Assembly (NCBI GenBank): GCA_036846645.1
Contig: DAIUBN010000001.1
Coordinates: 1-52,101 of the forward strand
DNA from: Bacteroidaceae bacterium
GTDB lineage: Bacteria > Bacteroidota > Bacteroidia > Bacteroidales > Bacteroidaceae
Direction: 5' to 3'
Length of the DNA stretch: 52,101 bases
Shown here: positions 18,866 through 27,640 of the stretch, piece by piece
Position numbering within the stretch: the stretch's first letter is position 1
Layout of the letters: the number at the start of each line of letters is the position of its first letter
Position numbers and translations under genes: made by a program
The notes under the pieces: generated by a model
Seen by the model: only the letters and a program-made list of their open reading frames with translations
The model's database searches: none
What the model was told of the DNA's origin: nothing

Positions 18866-19951
18866 ATGAAGATAACCATCGTTTCTGGGGCACGTCCCAA
18901 TTTTATGAAGATTGCACCGATTGTTCATGCTATCGATGCGGCAAAGAAAATAGGTAAACGTATATCATACCGATTGGTCTATACAGGTAAAGCTGATGAT
19001 AACAGTCTGGAACCCTCATTATTTGCTGACTTAGAGATGCGGGCGCCTGATGTTTATCTAGGTATTGAAAGTAAAAACAATACCAAATTGGCAAGTGGAA
19101 TCATGCTTTCTTTCGATAGAGAACTCACAGAAAACCCGGCTCAGATAGTTCTTGTTGTGGACGACTTGACTGCGACAATGAGTTGCGCTATTGTAGCCAA
19201 GAAAATGGGTGTTAAAGTTGCCCATCTTGTAGCTGGTACCCGCTCGTTTGACATGAATCAACCCAAAGAAGTGAATAGAATGATTACTGATGGTTTATCC
19301 GATTATCTATTTACAGCGGGGGTAATGGCCAATAGGAATCTGAATCAATCTGGTCGGGAAGATGAAAACGTCTATTATGTTGGCAATATATTAATAGATA
19401 CGATACGTCATAACAGGAATCGACTTTTGAAACCTTTATGGGCTTCTGCAATGCATATCGACGAGGCAGGATATTTTCTGCTCACTCTAAACAGACGTGT
19501 ACTGCTCAAAGACAAAGCCAAAATGAAGGCTTTACTGACAACTTTATCTCAAAAGGCGGGCGATACCAAAATTATTGCTCCCGTTCACTCATACGTTAGT
19601 GAGAGCATTAAGAAATTGGGATTGAAATTACCTAATATCAGCATCATGCCGGTTCAGAGTTATCTAGTTTTCGGCTATCTGGTCAATCATGCCAAAGCTA
19701 TTATTACCGATTCTGGAAATGTAAGCGAAGAAGCTACTTTCTTTGGCATACCTTGTATCACTATCAATGATTATGCCGAACATCCCGAAACAGTGAAGCA
19801 GGGGACTAACGAACTGGTTGGCGAAGATCCGCAGAAACTGGCAGACGCATTAGATAAATTGAACGCTGGAGTTTGGAAGAAAGGTTCAATTCCTGAACGT
19901 TGGGATGGTCATACGGGCGAAAGAATAGTAAAAATATTGTTGGGAGAATAG
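18866..19951 (+). CDS. wecB: UDP-N-acetylglucosamine 2-epimerase (non-hydrolysing type)
   Basis: 361-aa ORF with MKITIVSGARPNFMKIAPI and a two-domain epimerase layout (HLVAGTRSFD, DSGNVSEEATFFGIPCITI). Confidence 0.75.
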   Translation: MKITIVSGARPNFMKIAPIVHAIDAAKKIGKRISYRLVYTGKADDNSLEPSLFADLEMRAPDVYLGIESKNNTKLASGIMLSFDRELTENPAQIVLVVDDLTATMSCAIVAKKMGVKVAHLVAGTRSFDMNQPKEVNRMITDGLSDYLFTAGVMANRNLNQSGREDENVYYVGNILIDTIRHNRNRLLKPLWASAMHIDEAGYFLLTLNRRVLLKDKAKMKALLTTLSQKAGDTKIIAPVHSYVSESIKKLGLKLPNISIMPVQSYLVFGYLVNHAKAIITDSGNVSEEATFFGIPCITINDYAEHPETVKQGTNELVGEDPQKLADALDKLNAGVWKKGSIPERWDGHTGERIVKILLGE

Positions 19952-19963
19952 GAGTATAAACAA

Positions 19964-21235
19964 ATGAGACCGCTTGCAGAAAGACTTCGACCTGATAGTC
20001 TGGACAATTACATTGGTCAACAACACTTGGTTGGACCTAATGCGATATTGCGTCGAATGATTGATGCAGGGCGTATTTCGTCCTTTATTTTATGGGGACC
20101 TCCTGGTGTCGGAAAAACGACCTTGGCCCATATCATTGCTTGCAAGCTAAATACACCATTCTATACTCTCAGTGCCGTGACATCGGGAGTTAAGGATGTT
20201 CGTGATGTATTAGAGAAAGCTAAAAAAGAAAAGTTCTTCAACAGTCCTAGTCCTATATTATTTATAGATGAGATCCATCGTTTCAGCAAGTCGCAACAAG
20301 ATTCATTGTTGGGAGCTGTCGAACAAGGTATTGTGACACTTATCGGTGCCACTACAGAGAATCCTTCGTTCGAAGTGATACGCCCTCTCCTCTCCCGTTG
20401 TCAGACTTATACACTAGAGCCTCTTTCTAAAGATGACCTACTAGGATTGGTGCAACATGCTATCACTACCGATATATTACTCAAAGATCATACTTTCCAA
20501 ATTGACGAGACATCAGCGATGTTGCGCTATTCTGGAGGAGATGCTAGAAAACTACTCAACATATTAGAATTGATCTTCGAATCGTCTGATAAGGACCCTA
20601 TCGTCATTAATGATAAGATTGTTGCCGAACGCCTTCAACAGAATCCTCTAGCCTATGATAAAGATGGCGAGATGCATTATGATATCATATCTGCTTTCAT
20701 CAAGTCGATTAGAGGAAGTGATCCCGATGCAGCTCTATATTGGTTGGCAAGAATGGTAGAAGGAGGTGAAGACCCAGCCTTCATCGCTCGTCGTTTGGTG
20801 ATATCCGCTGCTGAAGATATTGGGTTGGCCAATCCGAATGCTCTCCTACTTGCTAATGCATGTTTCGACGCTGTTATGAAACTTGGTTGGCCCGAAGGTC
20901 GTATTCCCCTAGCCGAAGCAACTGTATATCTAGCCACGTCTGCTAAAAGCAATTCTGCTTATCTTGGTATAGGTAGTGCCCTAGAGATAGTAAAACAAAC
21001 GGGAAATCTTCCTGTACCACTTCATCTTCGCAACGCACCAACCAAACTGATGAAAGAATTGGGTTACAGCAAAGGCTATCAATATTCGCACGATTATCCA
21101 GGTCATTTCGTAAAAGAACAATTCATGCCCGACGAATTGAAAACTACCCGACTATGGCAATCTCAAGATAATCCAGCCGAAAACAAACTAGCAGAACGTA
21201 TGCAACATCTTTGGGGTGACAAGAAAGACCTCTAA
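19964..21235 (+). CDS. rarA: replication-associated recombination protein A (MgsA/RarA AAA+ ATPase)
   Basis: 423-aa ORF with Walker A GPPGVGKTT, Walker B FIDEIHRF and the MgsA C-terminal region (HYDIISAFIKSIRGSDPDAALYWLARM, NAPT). Confidence 0.9.
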   Translation: MRPLAERLRPDSLDNYIGQQHLVGPNAILRRMIDAGRISSFILWGPPGVGKTTLAHIIACKLNTPFYTLSAVTSGVKDVRDVLEKAKKEKFFNSPSPILFIDEIHRFSKSQQDSLLGAVEQGIVTLIGATTENPSFEVIRPLLSRCQTYTLEPLSKDDLLGLVQHAITTDILLKDHTFQIDETSAMLRYSGGDARKLLNILELIFESSDKDPIVINDKIVAERLQQNPLAYDKDGEMHYDIISAFIKSIRGSDPDAALYWLARMVEGGEDPAFIARRLVISAAEDIGLANPNALLLANACFDAVMKLGWPEGRIPLAEATVYLATSAKSNSAYLGIGSALEIVKQTGNLPVPLHLRNAPTKLMKELGYSKGYQYSHDYPGHFVKEQFMPDELKTTRLWQSQDNPAENKLAERMQHLWGDKKDL

Positions 21236-21242
21236 TAAGTAT

Positions 21243-21665
21243 TTAAACTTTGCGCTTATCAAAATGTTTCGATTTGAAAACGAAATGCAACAGCACAAAA
21301 TTGATAGGAACAACTATCATCAATACTAATATTGGAGCCAACAAGCGATGAACGCCAAAATAGAGGAACAGATTGAATAATCCCATGTGCAATAAGTAAT
21401 TGATGAGATGACTAAATCCAAATCCCGCAACTTTCTTAGCAGACGGACCGGTTTTGAAAGTGAAATAAGACGTCATAAAGAAATTACAGACCAAACTGAT
21501 GCAATATCCGGCAGTATAGGCAATATTGATATTGATAACCTTCTGCAACAAATAATAAACGCCGTAATGTATTGCTGCAGCAATGGTGCCAACAATGCAA
21601 TAGCGCATAAATTCGGCAAACTTCTCTTCGTGTATCAATCGTATCAATCTATTCTGTATCATCAC
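21243..21665 (-). CDS. GtrA family membrane protein
   Basis: 140-aa ORF with four predicted TM helices and a GtrA-like N-terminus (FMRYCIVGTIAAAIHYGVYYLL). It lies 22 nt downstream of the transporter gene and is probably co-transcribed. Confidence 0.7.
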   Translation of the reverse strand: MMIQNRLIRLIHEEKFAEFMRYCIVGTIAAAIHYGVYYLLQKVININIAYTAGYCISLVCNFFMTSYFTFKTGPSAKKVAGFGFSHLINYLLHMGLFNLFLYFGVHRLLAPILVLMIVVPINFVLLHFVFKSKHFDKRKV

Positions 21666-21687
21666 TATTTAGAATAATAATCTATCT

Positions 21688-22860
21688 TCAAGCCGTCTTT
21701 GGACTTGCTTTGAAATACTTGTCCATGATCAAAGCTACAGCACCATCACCTGTCACGTTGCAAGCGGTACCAAAATTATCCATTGTAATATATAGAGCTA
21801 TCATCAAGGCTTGTTCGTTACTACCAAATCCCAACATTGAACCAAGTATACCGACACATGCCATAATAGCGCCACCAGGGACACCGGGAGCAGCGATCAT
21901 AATGACACCGAGCATACAGATAAATCCGGCGAACATAGAAAAGTCATAGGCATGTCCTTCCATCATCATGATAGCCAATGCGCAGGCAGTGATCTTCAAG
22001 GCACTACCCGAAAGATGAATAGTAGCACAAAGTGGTATGACGAAACCCGCAATTCCATCGCTAACTCCATTCTTGAGCGTAGATTTGAGAGTCACAGGTA
22101 TCGTAGCTGCCGATGAAGAAGTTCCAAGAGCAGTAAAATAGGCCGGCATCATATTGGCAAGCAATTTGAAGGGGTTCTTTTTGACAAATAGCCCAGCCAC
22201 AGTATATTGAAATACAAGCAAAAAAACATGCAAAATAAAGATAACGACAATGATTCGGATAAATACCATCAGAATACTCACCACCTGCCCACTACTTGTC
22301 ATATCAACAAATATACCAAATATATATAAAGGTAAAAGCGGCAAGATAACGACTTCGATGCACTTGACAACAACTTCCTTTATATCAAGAAAAAAATGCT
22401 CTAGAGTAAGAGTCTTGAGATGTGCTATGCACAAACCAAAAGTGAATGACACGATTAAAGCCGTCATGACATCCATCAATGGTGGTATATTAATGGTAAA
22501 ATATCCGACAAGTTCGGTGAATTTATTCACGCTGTTAAGATGAGTCGAAGAACTGATAAGACTAGGGAAAAAAGATACTCCAGTGAAATAAGATAAGAAA
22601 CCGGCAAAAAGCGTGTCACAATAAGCTACTAATGTGGTAATAAATAATAGTTTACCAGCACCTTTACCCACATCGGCTATTGCAGGCGTCACAAGACCAA
22701 CAATTATCAACGGAATCATGAACTGAAGGAATTGACTGAAAAGACTATTGAAAGTAACGAATATCCTTACGATTGGAGTACTCAACATATTCCCAAAAAC
22801 AATTCCAAGAATGATTGCAATAATGATTCTTGGCAATAGACCTAATTTTATCTTCTTCAT
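21688..22860 (-). CDS. dicarboxylate/amino acid:cation symporter (DAACS family, SstT-like)
   Basis: Polytopic membrane protein with TSSSAATIPVT, IPLCATIHLSG and NVTGDG motifs. I prefer the ATG at 22860 (MKKIKLG) over the TTG at 22872. A TACCTTTG box lies 32 nt upstream. Confidence 0.8.
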   Translation of the reverse strand: MKKIKLGLLPRIIIAIILGIVFGNMLSTPIVRIFVTFNSLFSQFLQFMIPLIIVGLVTPAIADVGKGAGKLLFITTLVAYCDTLFAGFLSYFTGVSFFPSLISSSTHLNSVNKFTELVGYFTINIPPLMDVMTALIVSFTFGLCIAHLKTLTLEHFFLDIKEVVVKCIEVVILPLLPLYIFGIFVDMTSSGQVVSILMVFIRIIVVIFILHVFLLVFQYTVAGLFVKKNPFKLLANMMPAYFTALGTSSSAATIPVTLKSTLKNGVSDGIAGFVIPLCATIHLSGSALKITACALAIMMMEGHAYDFSMFAGFICMLGVIMIAAPGVPGGAIMACVGILGSMLGFGSNEQALMIALYITMDNFGTACNVTGDGAVALIMDKYFKASPKTA

Positions 22861-22891
22861 ATATCCAGACAAAGATGTTTATTTTGTATGG

Positions 22892-22899
22892 CAAAGGTA
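22892..22899 (-). promoter_or_regulatory. -7 box TACCTTTG (DAACS transporter-gtrA)
   Basis: Exact TAnnTTTG on the minus strand, 32 nt upstream of the ATG at 22860. Confidence 0.45.
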
Positions 22900-22957
22900 A
22901 ATAAAATAAATGGTATCATTAATTCGTTAATGAGAATAAATAACGTTTCATTGGCAT

Positions 22958-22965
22958 TATATTTG
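22958..22965 (+). promoter_or_regulatory. -7 box TATATTTG (2-hydroxyacid dehydrogenase)
   Basis: Exact TAnnTTTG, 54 nt upstream of the ATG at 23019. Confidence 0.4.
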
Positions 22966-23018
22966 GTTATGTCATTGATTATTACGAATTTTGCATCAAC
23001 ATATATAATAAATAAATA

Positions 23019-23978
23019 ATGAAAATAACTATTTTGGATGGCTATGCTGCCAATCCGGGCGATTTATCATGGAACGGATTCAAGCAATTGGGAGAATGTA
23101 CAATCTACGATCGTACTAATTCCGACCAAGTAATAGAAAGATGTAAAGATGCAGATGCAGTACTTACTAATAAAGTCGTATTAGACAAGAACATCATTGA
23201 AGCGCTGCCTCAATTAAAGTATATCGGAGTATTGGCCACAGGCTACAATGTAATAGACATTCAAGCTGCCACCGAACATAATATTGTAGTAACAAATATT
23301 CCTTCATATAGCACAGAATCTGTTGCACAGTTGGTATTTGCTCACATTCTGAATATTACTCAAGCTGTGGCTCACCATAGCGAAGAAGTTCACAAAGGAA
23401 GATGGACCAATAATGCCGACTTCTGCTTCTGGGATACCAAACTTTCCGAACTGAAAGGGAAGAAAATAGGTATCGTAGGTCTTGGACATATCGGTAAGGC
23501 TGTAGCTCGTATCGCTATCGCTTTTGGCATGGAAGTATTTGCTGCTACCTCAAAAGTCAATCTACAACTTATCCCCGAGATTCATAAGTTGGAACTAGAC
23601 GAACTGTTCAAAGAATGCGATTTTATCACGCTCCATTCTCCTTTGGCAGAAGATACTTATCATCTGGTAAATGCAGAACGCCTCGCATTGATGAAACCTA
23701 CAGCAGTGCTAATTAATACCAGTCGTGGACCATTAGTAGATGAACAGGCTCTTGCCGATGCATTGAATAATAAAAAGATTTATGCAGCAGGTGTCGACGT
23801 ATTATCTACCGAGCCCCCTAAAGCCGACAATCCATTGCTCACTGCACGTAATTGCTTCATCACCCCTCACATTGCTTGGGCTACAGAAGAAGCACGTACA
23901 CGTTTGAACAATATTGCTGTCGATAATTTGAAAGGTTTTGTAGAAGGTAAAGTGATAAATTCAGTCAATCCGAAATAA
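23019..23978 (+). CDS. D-isomer-specific 2-hydroxyacid dehydrogenase (glycerate/hydroxypyruvate reductase-like)
   Basis: 319-aa ORF with the NAD-binding motif GIVGLGHIGKAVA, NTSRGPLVD and the catalytic His context TPHIAWAT. Confidence 0.85.
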   Translation: MKITILDGYAANPGDLSWNGFKQLGECTIYDRTNSDQVIERCKDADAVLTNKVVLDKNIIEALPQLKYIGVLATGYNVIDIQAATEHNIVVTNIPSYSTESVAQLVFAHILNITQAVAHHSEEVHKGRWTNNADFCFWDTKLSELKGKKIGIVGLGHIGKAVARIAIAFGMEVFAATSKVNLQLIPEIHKLELDELFKECDFITLHSPLAEDTYHLVNAERLALMKPTAVLINTSRGPLVDEQALADALNNKKIYAAGVDVLSTEPPKADNPLLTARNCFITPHIAWATEEARTRLNNIAVDNLKGFVEGKVINSVNPK

Positions 23979-24075
23979 CAAAACGTCTTTAAATTTCTAA
24001 CAAGAACTTATGTTTATATCAAAATATAAAGACACATAGTTTATCAGAAAAAAAGACAGCTTTCTATAAATATTT

Positions 24076-24120
24076 CAATAGGATTCATGAGCCCATTTTT
24101 GCGATTCATGAATCCTATTG
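24076..24120. terminator. bidirectional terminator hairpin between convergent dehydrogenase and mutarotase genes
   Basis: Perfect 15-bp inverted repeat caataggattcatga / tcatgaatcctattg with a 15-nt loop. ATTTTTA follows on the + strand. Confidence 0.6.
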
Positions 24121-24124
24121 ATTT

Positions 24125-24502
24125 TTATTCATACAAATGAAACATACGTTCCATAGGCTTCCATTTTTCTGCAGAAGATTCTCCTTCTTTACAAAGCTGG
24201 AACATACTCATATAATCTTCCCATTCTTGCTGACGAGGTAGTGTGGCCAATCTTGACATCGCTGAATCCCAATCAAAATCCAGAGGAGTCTCTACAATCA
24301 TGAACAACCTGGAACCTAAAATATAAATGTCCATATCGAGTATACCCACCTGACGTATTCCAGCAATTATTTCGGGCCAAGCGTGTTCTTTGCTATGGCG
24401 TTTACGATATTCTTCAATTAATTCTGGATTATCTTTCAAATCGAGTGTCTGACAGTAGCGTTTTACAGCGCACTTGTATTCTTTTACCTTATATCCTTCC
24501 AT
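24125..24502 (-). CDS. L-rhamnose mutarotase (RhaM) family protein, possibly a deoxyhexose (fucose/rhamnose) mutarotase
   Basis: 125-aa ORF with RhaM-family motifs (KRYCQTLDLKDNPELIEEYRKRHSKEHAWPEI, GILDMDIYILGSRLFMIVE). Confidence 0.75.
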   Translation of the reverse strand: MEGYKVKEYKCAVKRYCQTLDLKDNPELIEEYRKRHSKEHAWPEIIAGIRQVGILDMDIYILGSRLFMIVETPLDFDWDSAMSRLATLPRQQEWEDYMSMFQLCKEGESSAEKWKPMERMFHLYE

Positions 24503-24534
24503 TGTTTAGTGGTATTATAAAATTAATATGTTAG

Positions 24535-24542
24535 CAAAGTTA
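24535..24542 (-). promoter_or_regulatory. -7 box TAACTTTG (mutarotase)
   Basis: Exact TAnnTTTG on the minus strand, 33 nt upstream of the ATG at 24502. Confidence 0.45.
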
Positions 24543-24614
24543 TAGAAAAAGTTCGAAAATGATATTCATAAGTAAATAATTAAGAATTTTTTTGTTGAAG
24601 TCAGCATTTTCTAC

Positions 24615-24622
24615 TATATTTG
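24615..24622 (+). promoter_or_regulatory. -7 box TATATTTG (hybrid histidine kinase)
   Basis: Exact TAnnTTTG, 28 nt upstream of the ATG at 24650. Confidence 0.5.
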
Positions 24623-24649
24623 AGATGTTGAATATTAAAAACAGATACA

Positions 24650-27526
24650 ATGGAAGACAAGCTTCAACGTTACGAAGAGCTCGCACGCGAAACACAAACT
24701 GGTTGGTGGGTAGCTAATCTAAATAAGCGGGAATTTAAATGTTCTTCATTTATATCAGAATTGCTTGAAATAGATACCGATACATTTACTTTTGATTATT
24801 TCATTAGTAAAATTAGTGAAGAGTTTCGTGAAGTCATCATCAAAGACGTGATGGAATACGACTCACCGCAAAGCGAATACTGCAGAACCATGTATTCGGC
24901 TAATATTCCACGCGGTAAAGTTTGGATATCGGCTCATACTTCTTCCAAAATTGTATTAGAAAATGGCGAATGTATACGTAAGGGGTTTATCCAATTAATC
25001 GATCCCCCTCAAGAGGCAAAATCGCCCATTATAATCAGCAAAATCAACGATCTTGCACTGGGGTTGAATTCTATCTCTAAAATTCTTAAAAAGTTTTTGG
25101 ATAAGGATATTCAGAAAGATACTATCAATGAAATACTTCTCGAGATACTTCACACTTATAAAGGAGATAGAAGTTATGTATTCTTATTCGATGACGATAA
25201 TAAGTATCAAACCTGTAAATATGAAGTAACAGAAAAAGGCGTGAGTGCAGAAATATCTCAGTTGCAAAAGCTTAAATACGAAGACGTACCTTGGTGGAGC
25301 AATAAAATCAAATCCAAACAGTCTATCATATTGGATGATATCATGAAATTGCCGCAAGATGCAGAAGCTGAATACAAATTGCTTAAAAGTCAAGATATAC
25401 AATCAATTATGGTTGTCCCTCTTATTGGAGAGAATGATGTATTAGGGTATTTGGGTATTGATATCGTAAAAAGGAAATACAATTGGACAAAAGAAGACTT
25501 TCAATGGCTTCTTTCAATGGCAAATATCATCTCCATATTCATGACATTGAAAGATAGTCAGGAACAACTATGTAATGAACAAATCAAATTGAAGGCAGCC
25601 AATAAATCATTGAAAGTCAATGAAGAAAAGATGAAGAAATTGTTTGCCCATATTCCTATTGGTGCAGCATATTTCGATCTCAACGGCAAGCCCACTCAAT
25701 ATAATAATAAAGGGCTAGATGTCTTCGGACTAACTTCCATCGAAGATGTTAATGATTATTCTTTCTTTAAAGATCCAAATGTGCCTCAAGAAGTTTTAGA
25801 TAAAATCAAGTATCTAGATTTTGTTGAGTACGATACAATATACGACTTTGAAAAATTGCGTCCAATTGTAAAATCGTGGCGAAATGGATCCATTAAGCTC
25901 TATATCAAGATTGCAAAACTTCATGATGATTATGGAAATCCTATCGGTTATCTGATGGCATGTATTGAAGATACAGACAAGATGATGGCAAATAATCGTA
26001 TTCGGGATTTCGAATCTTTTTTCTCTGTCATTTCCGAATCAGCAAAGATTGGTTACGCAAAACTTAACTTGCTCAACAATAAAGGATATGCCATTAAACA
26101 GTGGTATACAAATATTGGCGAAGATGAAAAGAAATCTGTTTCACAAATCATTAAAGAATACGAACATTTACATCCAGAAGATAGAGAGGATATATTAAAG
26201 TTTTTCTCGGATGTTAGAGAGGGAAAAGTTAAGTCGTATAATAAAGAGGTTCGTGTACATCTTCCCGGCAATCCACCCGGCAAATGGAACTGGCTTTATA
26301 AGAGTCTTGTCGTTACCCGTTTTGCCCCCGAAGAAAATGATATCGAAGTTATCGGAGTGAACTATGACATCACAAAATTGAAAGATACGGCCAATGAATT
26401 GAGAATTGCCAGAGATAAAGCTCAAGAAATGGATAAACTCAAAATGGCATTCTTAGCAAATATGAGTCATGAGATTCGTACTCCGCTTAACTCTATTGTT
26501 GGGTTTGCAGATTTGTTGGCAATCAATGTAGAACCTGAAGATAAAAAGCGATATATAAGTATACTTCATGAGAATTCTGACTTGTTGTTACAATTGATAT
26601 CAGATATTCTAGATTTGTCGAAGATTGAATCGGGAACTGTAGAATACTCTTTCAATGTCATCAACGTTAAGATGCTGTGCAACGATCTTATCAATTCTTT
26701 AAAACCGAAAGTTAAGCGTGATGTAAAATTAGAATTTGATAATGAACTGCCCGACTATCATATCATCAGTGATTGGAAACGTATACAACAAGTATTGAAG
26801 AACCTAATTAATAATGCAATAAAGTTCACTTCGGATGGTCATATAAGGGTGGGATATTCTCTGAACAACGATATGATACAGTTTGATGTAACAGATACCG
26901 GTATAGGCATTAAAGAGGAGATGCTGCCAAGAATATTCAGCAGGTTCACAAAAGTCAATAGTTTCGTGCAAGGCACTGGGCTAGGTCTATCTATCTGCAA
27001 AAGTATTGTAGAAAGTATGCATGGCAATATAGGTGTAGAATCTACTTATGGTAAAGGCTCTCATTTCTGGTTCACTCTGCCTTACGACGATAACAATGAA
27101 GTCAATAGCGAGAAGAAACTGAAAGAAATCATGACTCCACTTATTCAATCGGAAGAGGATATATCAAAAAGGAAACTCGTCCTAGTAGCCGAAGACGAAG
27201 AGAGCAACTACGAACTACTCTATGCTATTCTTAGTGATAAATATGATATAGCATGGGCCAAAAACGGACAAGAGACCGTAGACCTCTACAAGAAGATGCA
27301 ACCAGATATGATATTGATGGATATTAAGATGAGTGGGATGGATGGTTTGCAAGCCACCAAAATAATACGGCAAAGTGATAATAATATACCTATCATAGCT
27401 ATCACTGCTTATGCTTCCGAGAAAGACAAGGAAGATGCTATAGAGGCAGGATTGGACGACTTCATGACCAAACCTATATCACCGAAGGAATTGAGAAATA
27501 AGATGATTGTGTATTTAGGTAGATAA
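24650..27526 (+). CDS. soluble hybrid sensor histidine kinase / response regulator (PAS/GAF - HisKA - HATPase - REC)
   Basis: 958-aa ORF with H-box MSHEIRTPLNSIVGFADLL, N-box NLINNAIKFT, G-boxes DTGIGI/GTGLGLSI and a receiver (LVAEDEESN ... ILMDIKMSGMDG ... TKP). I saw no TM segment and no DNA-binding domain. Confidence 0.85.
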   Translation: MEDKLQRYEELARETQTGWWVANLNKREFKCSSFISELLEIDTDTFTFDYFISKISEEFREVIIKDVMEYDSPQSEYCRTMYSANIPRGKVWISAHTSSKIVLENGECIRKGFIQLIDPPQEAKSPIIISKINDLALGLNSISKILKKFLDKDIQKDTINEILLEILHTYKGDRSYVFLFDDDNKYQTCKYEVTEKGVSAEISQLQKLKYEDVPWWSNKIKSKQSIILDDIMKLPQDAEAEYKLLKSQDIQSIMVVPLIGENDVLGYLGIDIVKRKYNWTKEDFQWLLSMANIISIFMTLKDSQEQLCNEQIKLKAANKSLKVNEEKMKKLFAHIPIGAAYFDLNGKPTQYNNKGLDVFGLTSIEDVNDYSFFKDPNVPQEVLDKIKYLDFVEYDTIYDFEKLRPIVKSWRNGSIKLYIKIAKLHDDYGNPIGYLMACIEDTDKMMANNRIRDFESFFSVISESAKIGYAKLNLLNNKGYAIKQWYTNIGEDEKKSVSQIIKEYEHLHPEDREDILKFFSDVREGKVKSYNKEVRVHLPGNPPGKWNWLYKSLVVTRFAPEENDIEVIGVNYDITKLKDTANELRIARDKAQEMDKLKMAFLANMSHEIRTPLNSIVGFADLLAINVEPEDKKRYISILHENSDLLLQLISDILDLSKIESGTVEYSFNVINVKMLCNDLINSLKPKVKRDVKLEFDNELPDYHIISDWKRIQQVLKNLINNAIKFTSDGHIRVGYSLNNDMIQFDVTDTGIGIKEEMLPRIFSRFTKVNSFVQGTGLGLSICKSIVESMHGNIGVESTYGKGSHFWFTLPYDDNNEVNSEKKLKEIMTPLIQSEEDISKRKLVLVAEDEESNYELLYAILSDKYDIAWAKNGQETVDLYKKMQPDMILMDIKMSGMDGLQATKIIRQSDNNIPIIAITAYASEKDKEDAIEAGLDDFMTKPISPKELRNKMIVYLGR

Positions 27527-27609
27527 CCATATCTCCTGCTTTCAGCATTAATATTCTATTCACCCCAAAAGTAATTAATCTTATTGTTGGGTAGATATAA
27601 TATTTTATC

Positions 27610-27617
27610 TACTTTTG
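27610..27617 (+). promoter_or_regulatory. -7 box TACTTTTG (GH29 fucosidase)
   Basis: Exact TAnnTTTG, 24 nt upstream of the ATG at 27641. It overlaps the 3' arm of a weak 7-bp hairpin (27591-27612). Confidence 0.45.
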
Positions 27618-27640
27618 CAAGAAAGATAAAACTACGACAC